From Giardia intestinalis (Eukaryota): a stretch of DNA of 64,000 bases. The notes under the pieces are model-generated. The model saw only the letters and a program-made list of their open reading frames with translations. It searched no databases and had not been told where the DNA came from. The stretch lies in assembly GCA_000002435.2 (NCBI GenBank), contig CM018792.1; one strand, given 5' to 3'. The position numbers were made by a program, and so were the translations under genes. This document shows, piece after piece, positions 58,484-64,000 of the stretch (position 1 is the stretch's first letter; each line of letters begins with the position of its first letter).

Positions 58484-59608
58484 ATGCAGCAGGATCTGCC
58501 TTCTATTGACCTTCCTCTTGTTCAGAGAATCAGGGATAGCAAGGCCATGCACCAGCAAGATACAGCTGCACTCCTAAACGCACTCCACGCCTTTCATGAC
58601 TACGCTGTTTCCTTTTCCATTGCTCCTCAGCCGTTATACATTGAGGATCTCCACTTAGAGCAGATATGGGAACAGATGGAGACTAACTATATGGGGCTAC
58701 CTGAGAAAGAAGAGGAAATGGAAGCAGGAGACGAAGAGACAGATAATATTGGCGGTTCAGACCTCGAAACAGTCGAGGAATTAGAAGAGGCAGACGACGA
58801 AGAAATGACATATTCCAGTGAACAGGAGGAAGACCTATGGCAAGAAAATATGACAGAAGCACAAGCACGCGCAATCGAGGCCGAAATCAGAGCAGCAGAC
58901 GACTATCAGGATGAGGAGGAATCGGAGGAAGAGGATGAAGAGAATGAAGACACCAAGCTTGCAGTTGATGGGCTAGATGACGAACTTTATGTCAAAGAAC
59001 CAAATATCAAGCAGACAGAACCTCGCAAGCCAGATGTTTATTCAGACTTTGAGCTGGCAAGGATGCGTCTGCAAGCAACAATAAAGAGGATAGAGGATGA
59101 CATGATGAACAGGCCCACATGGGACATGGCAGGAGAAATTTCTGCGCATCAGCGTCCGACAGATGCTCTACTTCGCAAGATAGATGACATAGATTTTGAT
59201 GTGAAGCAGCGGCCGCGAATCCAACTTTCTGAAGAGTTGAATGAAAACATTGAGAAGCTCATTAGCATTCGCTGTCGCGACGAACTCTTTGACGACCCCA
59301 TATACGTCAACGCAGATAGCAAGAAAGAACGGAGGGAAGTGGTAATAAGTGATGCACGAAGCCACAAGTCGCTTGGAGATGACATTAGGGACGCTGGTGT
59401 TGATAAGATCGGAGCACTCCGCGACGGAGAACTAGACAATGGGCCAGCTGCCATGGAAAAGGAGCGTCTCGGAGATGTATTGATCACTGGATCCAACGCA
59501 ACCAGCGACGCCATACGTGCAAAGGAAGACGAGTGCTACTCGTTCTTTGCAGAACTCGAGCGGGACCTGCACGCATACACAAGCTTTTATTCTACGGCCG
59601 TGAAATAG
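58484..59608 (+). CDS. MPP10: U3 snoRNP protein Mpp10-like (acidic nucleolar protein)
   Basis: Long D/E tracts are followed by SDFELARMRLQATIKRIEDDMMNRPTWDMAGEISAHQRPTDALLRKIDDIDFD...IEKLISIRCRDELFDD, which matches the conserved Mpp10 C-terminal block (W.L.GEV.A..RP.NSLL...FD, then IK.RI.D..FDD). Confidence 0.65.
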   Translation: MQQDLPSIDLPLVQRIRDSKAMHQQDTAALLNALHAFHDYAVSFSIAPQPLYIEDLHLEQIWEQMETNYMGLPEKEEEMEAGDEETDNIGGSDLETVEELEEADDEEMTYSSEQEEDLWQENMTEAQARAIEAEIRAADDYQDEEESEEEDEENEDTKLAVDGLDDELYVKEPNIKQTEPRKPDVYSDFELARMRLQATIKRIEDDMMNRPTWDMAGEISAHQRPTDALLRKIDDIDFDVKQRPRIQLSEELNENIEKLISIRCRDELFDDPIYVNADSKKERREVVISDARSHKSLGDDIRDAGVDKIGALRDGELDNGPAAMEKERLGDVLITGSNATSDAIRAKEDECYSFFAELERDLHAYTSFYSTAVK

Positions 59609-59625
59609 GGTTCCAAAATCCAAAA

Positions 59626-60663
59626 ATGTTTAACTACACTATTTATGAGCGCCCCATCACTCTCGCCATCTTCAAAGAGTGCGTGGGGGTGGGCGGAGAA
59701 GATATTATTCCGGTGCTTATGGAGCTGGAGCGTGCCAATATGCAAGGGAAGAGCCTAACCTCTCTTGATGGACTGGACATGTGTTCCCAGCTGAAGTGCG
59801 CAGATCTCTCCCACAATCTGATCTCGTCCATTGATCCTCTTGTTTTGGAGATCATACCAACTCTAGAAACTCTGAATCTTTCCCACAATAAACTGACCAA
59901 TAGTCTCGACCTGTCCTGCCTGCCGGAGCACCACAAGCTCAGACACTTGAATATTGCATTCAACCCTATCAAGGCCTTGGATGTGTCACGGCTCCCGCGC
60001 TCCTTAGAAATTCTCTGTGTTTCTGAGGGGCAGCTGGCAACTATCGACAAGGATGTCATCAAGAACCAGTGCCCTAACATAAAGGAAGTTATTCTAATTG
60101 AAGGGGAAGGCCACGAAGGTGTCCAGGTGGTGAATGCCATAGCAGAAAAGATCGAAAAGGACGCTGTACTAGGCACGGGCGTGGCCGCCGATACCGTGCG
60201 GTTTGATTCCGATCATAATATCATTGTGCCATCTACAAAGCAAAAAGCCTCAGCAGCAGCCGTGACAGCTAAAGCTCCCCTCAGCGGGTCACGAGGTCCG
60301 CCATCGAGATCATTAGGCGGCGTATCAGGGGCGGGCACCAGACAGAAAACAGTAACATCGACAGCAGGGGTGTCATCTGCCAAACCCAAGCCCGTATCTG
60401 CTGCCGGCCATGGAGCCGTGCGTGCAGGTTCACAACAGACAGCAGAGACCATTCCTGCAGCTCTGGACAATGCCGTGTCGAAGAAGGAAAAGACTGCTCA
60501 AGAGGCTCTTGACGGGCTCGAAGCAAAGCTTAACACTGCGCTGGACGTTGTAGATTCGATGGACCGGGAGTTTCTGCAGATAGAGGAGCTAGTAGAGGTT
60601 ACTCTCGAAAATTCTCGAAAACGGGAACTGGACCTCTTTGAGGCGCTGAGCAAAGCCAAATGA
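59626..60663 (+). CDS. leucine-rich-repeat protein with a C-terminal coiled coil, about 345 aa
   Basis: LxxLxLxxN repeats (LKCADLSHNLISSIDPL, LETLNLSHNKLTNSLDL, LRHLNIAFNPIKALDV) sit beside an Ala/Ser-rich linker and a C-terminal coiled coil. The ATG at 59626 has a ccaaaaATG initiator. Confidence 0.7.
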   Translation: MFNYTIYERPITLAIFKECVGVGGEDIIPVLMELERANMQGKSLTSLDGLDMCSQLKCADLSHNLISSIDPLVLEIIPTLETLNLSHNKLTNSLDLSCLPEHHKLRHLNIAFNPIKALDVSRLPRSLEILCVSEGQLATIDKDVIKNQCPNIKEVILIEGEGHEGVQVVNAIAEKIEKDAVLGTGVAADTVRFDSDHNIIVPSTKQKASAAAVTAKAPLSGSRGPPSRSLGGVSGAGTRQKTVTSTAGVSSAKPKPVSAAGHGAVRAGSQQTAETIPAALDNAVSKKEKTAQEALDGLEAKLNTALDVVDSMDREFLQIEELVEVTLENSRKRELDLFEALSKAK

Positions 60664-60961
60664 ACTTTTCGTTAATGTACGTATTGGTGCGTCGACCTTT
60701 ACCACACCGATGAGAATATACTGCATCTATGTATGCTTACTCTTGGAACCAATATTCTCTCTATAATTATTTGAAAATGTCAATCTATTCTTCTTGTATC
60801 AAAGTGACCCCATCTCGTTCATCAAGTGACCGCTGTTTGCACTTATCTTGTCAGGGTTGCACCCTATCAGTCGCACTTCGTCTCCTAGATTTTCAAAGTG
60901 AATATCCTCGTGAAGTGCGCCATCAGTGAAGCGTGGCCTTGCTCTTTACGGGTGCGGATGT

Positions 60962-62374
60962 TTACTTCTCGCATCTGAGACCGTCTGCGGATGGCTTGTA
61001 GTCACCATAGCACTCACAGAAGCCCAGCTCCCCACTAAAGACCTCATGGGAGTGCTCTGGACACGTAGAGATGCAGCAATTTTTACCTGGGCTAATGTAG
61101 TTAAACCTTAAGAGGCAGGTAGTACAGACAGAGACGTCACCATCACAGGTCCGGCACCCTTCACCGCACAAGTTGCACATACCACTTTCCAGTCCATAGC
61201 CAGCCTTGCATATATTGCAAACTGACGAGCTGGAGGTGCATACTTCGCAGTTATCCACGGCACATCTTTCGCAGACGCCCTCTGCCAGGCGATAGCCCGA
61301 CACACACTTAACACATTCATCATTGCGGCCATAGCTGTGGCATCCCTCTAGTTCGGTCACGCAGCGGTTGGAGTAATGTATCTTATTCTTAGGGCAGGAG
61401 ACAACGCAGCTGGTCTGAGTTCTGTCCTCAGAGATCAGCAAGTAAAAACCACCGGCGCACTCAGTACAAAATGCAGCCATATCAGAAGTACCCGGGTGTG
61501 GTGGCAAACATACTTGACAGTTCGGCACACCTGCATATCCATCTCCTCCCTTGTCGCAGGAAACACAGTGACCAGATGCCTTCAAGAATCCGGCAAAGAA
61601 GCCCCTCGCACACGAAGTACACTCTTCATCTGTAAGGCATGTTTCACAGTTCCTGATGGGATTACACGGTACGCATGCGCCTTTGCCGTCGTGCATGTCG
61701 CGATCGAGGTAGTATCCGTCGTGGCAAACCTCACAGTTAGACATGCTGACTCCGCACTTGCGACAATTTATGTCCTCACAGGCCAAACACGTACCTTTAT
61801 ATGTTTCATAACCAGCAAGACAAGCTCCACAGTGTCCAATGTGCTCTACGGCAGAAGAGTCGGCACAGATCTTGTTCCCAGGAAAGCGGTTCTTCCGGTA
61901 GCATCCCCCGTTGTGGTAGAAGTACCCAGTCCCGCAAGTTTCACAGACTCCCTCGTAGCCGGTTGTCCCACAGCGGTTCCCCTGGGCCTTTTTGGTGCAG
62001 GATCCGTCAATCGGGAACTCCCCGTAGACAACGCACTTTCTGCAAAGCGCTGTGCCGTCAACATAAAAAACGTCTTCAGATTTGCAGATAAAATTACCTG
62101 GATCCTCTCCGACCCGGTAGCATCCACCCCGGTAGCTTAAATATGGCCCGGCACAAGAGTCACATGTCCCGTTTCCGAAGGAGTGACGGCATGTATTGTC
62201 TACATTTGTGGATAGGCACTGGCCATCGATTAGAAACTCTGTCATTGCTGTGCAAACAGAACAATAAACTTGGTCCAGGATGACGTCGCAGCTTAGTAGG
62301 AAGCAGTCACCGTCAAGGATTCCCTCTCTGCATGATGCCAGCGCACCGGCGAGGACAATCCAGACGAATATCAT
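60962..62374 (-). CDS. secreted high-cysteine protein (CxxC / EGF-like repeats, signal peptide, no TM anchor)
   Basis: The signal peptide is MIFVWIVLAGALASC. There are numerous CxxC and CxC pairs (CSVC, CDSC, CETC, CRKC, CEVC, CETC, CTSC and others). The protein ends ...GLRCEK with no hydrophobic anchor. The initiator is gaaattaattatagttATG. Confidence 0.8.
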   Translation of the reverse strand: MIFVWIVLAGALASCREGILDGDCFLLSCDVILDQVYCSVCTAMTEFLIDGQCLSTNVDNTCRHSFGNGTCDSCAGPYLSYRGGCYRVGEDPGNFICKSEDVFYVDGTALCRKCVVYGEFPIDGSCTKKAQGNRCGTTGYEGVCETCGTGYFYHNGGCYRKNRFPGNKICADSSAVEHIGHCGACLAGYETYKGTCLACEDINCRKCGVSMSNCEVCHDGYYLDRDMHDGKGACVPCNPIRNCETCLTDEECTSCARGFFAGFLKASGHCVSCDKGGDGYAGVPNCQVCLPPHPGTSDMAAFCTECAGGFYLLISEDRTQTSCVVSCPKNKIHYSNRCVTELEGCHSYGRNDECVKCVSGYRLAEGVCERCAVDNCEVCTSSSSVCNICKAGYGLESGMCNLCGEGCRTCDGDVSVCTTCLLRFNYISPGKNCCISTCPEHSHEVFSGELGFCECYGDYKPSADGLRCEK

Positions 62375-62448
62375 AACTATAATTAATTTCCCACTTTCTC
62401 AACATGGCAATAGCTGTTGCCAAACTTTATGCAAAGCAATTTATTGAT

Positions 62449-63987
62449 CTACTTTTGGGACGCAGGGGATAAATGGAGATTTCGCTGAGCCAACTCTGCT
62501 CGCGAAAGGGTCGATTTGTTCTCCAGATACAGGTAAGTGTCCGCTGCAAAGTTAGCCCTGATGGCGACGTACTTAGGAGATGCCTGTCGGAAAGGCAAAA
62601 GCTGTGGATCCCACGAATTGATTCGTATCACGGTAGCTGCGTAGACACTCATTTTGTAGACGATTGGCCACGGGTCCATTGAGCAATCCACCACTGATTG
62701 ATTATGTGTGTCATACCCTACATTGTGTAGCTCTATGTTTGTGATATGAACATACCCCAGTCTCGACGCATCAGCCATCGCATCTGTAGCTTCCGATACA
62801 TGCCTAAGTACTCCACCGGTGTAGAGCATCCCTTTATAGACAACGTAGCGTGTGTTGGGCTGCGGAGGCTCTGGAAGTAGAACAGAGCAGAGATTAGCAT
62901 ACGGGACATTACCTCGGGCTAGCTGATGGCGCTTGGCGGTCAATATGAAGTCTAGAAATCTCCAGCATCGATTTGCCTCGCAGATAAGAACTCCGGCATG
63001 ATCCATGACTGCCATGCTCAGGTCTATTATCGGTTTTGCAAGCATGACAGCGTTAGCAAGCAATGAGTTAATAACATAGCCCTCTGCGCTGTGTACGGAA
63101 GTCGTTTGCAGACCTATTGACAGAGGTGTATGCATAGCCTGTACAGAGACTCTGTCAAGGATGTCAGCTGATTCAGTGAATGCCATGCTCCGCAAGCCAG
63201 GAAACGACCTTATCTCCTTGATGGTGATAAGGTTCTGGGGCTTTGATAGAGGAATCACATCACGAGTATCATCCTTCTGAATTAGTGACACAATTTGCGA
63301 AGGGCTTAGCCTTCCTTCGTCAGAGTACAGAGTGAGGGAGTAGAGATACTGTTTGCAAAGCTCCTTAAAGGCAGTGGGGTCAGCTACTCTTTCTTCTGTG
63401 AACACGCATGGTAACTGGACTGCTTGTTGTGATAGCTTTTGCACTTCTTCCAGATAACTGTTAAGCGCAGTTATAGCTTGCTCTCCGCTCTCCTCCCTTT
63501 TTGACTGCTGGGATCTACTTGTTTCTAAAACTAGCGCGTGATGAAGGTTTAACAGTCGAGCTGACGGGCCATACACTCGAAATTCTCGTGGATTGCCTAC
63601 TACTTGTAGGTCATCATCTGATTGTTTGTACCGATTCCTTTCTGTGTCACACAAGTTCTCCTTGCGTATGAACTTCTTTTCTAGAGATATGCTAAGGCCC
63701 AGGCCTGACCCGAGCCTATGTGACCCTAGTAGCACATCCTTTGACATGTCAACTTCAGATTGCTGTGATGTACGCGCCACGTCATCTACGCTATAAATTC
63801 TAGTAAGCTCAGTTGAGTGTTGAGGATCGCTTTTCAAGGTATCTGTATCAGACAATCCTTGGGTCCCCTCTGTGTGCAAGGATGTCAAAGCATTAGCCGT
63901 GCAGTTAGATGAGTCTGATAAGTCTGAGTCACTGCTCACAGCAAGTTCTGAGATGGCCTCATCGCTTACTGTTGCTCCTTGTGGCAT
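62449..63987 (-). CDS. hypothetical protein, probably 5'-incomplete at the window edge
   Basis: An open frame of more than 512 codons runs to within 13 bp of the window end. No family was recognised. Confidence 0.45.
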   Translation of the reverse strand: MPQGATVSDEAISELAVSSDSDLSDSSNCTANALTSLHTEGTQGLSDTDTLKSDPQHSTELTRIYSVDDVARTSQQSEVDMSKDVLLGSHRLGSGLGLSISLEKKFIRKENLCDTERNRYKQSDDDLQVVGNPREFRVYGPSARLLNLHHALVLETSRSQQSKREESGEQAITALNSYLEEVQKLSQQAVQLPCVFTEERVADPTAFKELCKQYLYSLTLYSDEGRLSPSQIVSLIQKDDTRDVIPLSKPQNLITIKEIRSFPGLRSMAFTESADILDRVSVQAMHTPLSIGLQTTSVHSAEGYVINSLLANAVMLAKPIIDLSMAVMDHAGVLICEANRCWRFLDFILTAKRHQLARGNVPYANLCSVLLPEPPQPNTRYVVYKGMLYTGGVLRHVSEATDAMADASRLGYVHITNIELHNVGYDTHNQSVVDCSMDPWPIVYKMSVYAATVIRINSWDPQLLPFRQASPKYVAIRANFAADTYLYLENKSTLSRAELAQRNLHLSPASQK

Positions 63988-64000
63988 TTCAACAATCAGG

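Noticed and set aside
1-64000. Prokaryote-style features (CRISPR arrays, operons, integrons, defence islands)
   Set aside because: The sequence is eukaryotic (Giardia-like gene content and promoter architecture). No direct-repeat/spacer arrays are present.

Overview
This 64 kb window looks like a gene-dense stretch of the Giardia intestinalis (lamblia) nuclear genome. Five observations support that: (1) a VSP-type C-terminal tail (CXXC motifs, transmembrane segment, terminal CRGKA); (2) many 'Protein 21.1'-type ankyrin-repeat proteins and NEK-like kinases; (3) high-cysteine CXXC-rich secreted and membrane proteins; (4) short AT-rich initiator elements directly abutting ATGs, with divergent genes separated by 13-30 bp; (5) convergent genes whose stop codons overlap, plus an AGTAAAT poly(A) signal overlapping a stop. 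About 38 protein-coding genes are supported, including SGT/Sgt2, RPB10, GOT1, PP2A-B56, RecQ, CDC14, a UBC-fold E2, a TTLL, Mpp10, a Get1/WRB-like protein, a giant AGC-like kinase, NEK kinases and 21.1 ankyrin proteins. No rRNA, tRNA or CRISPR could be supported by eye. The main structural finding is a perfect ~4.13 kb inverted repeat (7961-12089 and 18029-22157) flanking a 5.9 kb spacer. It duplicates a UBL-UBA gene, the 3' 2.7 kb of the giant kinase gene and the 5' 0.4 kb of the SGT gene, leaving a promoter-bearing truncated SGT copy. Other findings are listed below: an ankyrin-RING gene whose last zinc-ligand pair is restored only by a +1 frameshift that then reads into a VSP-like tail; an orphan Upf1-like SF1 helicase core fragment; a kinase with a split/duplicated catalytic loop; a candidate tail-anchored-protein triage set (SGT, UBL-UBA, Get1/WRB-like); and an unusual ORF-poor GC-rich 2.8 kb at the window start. 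All homology calls were made by eye from motifs, with no database search.
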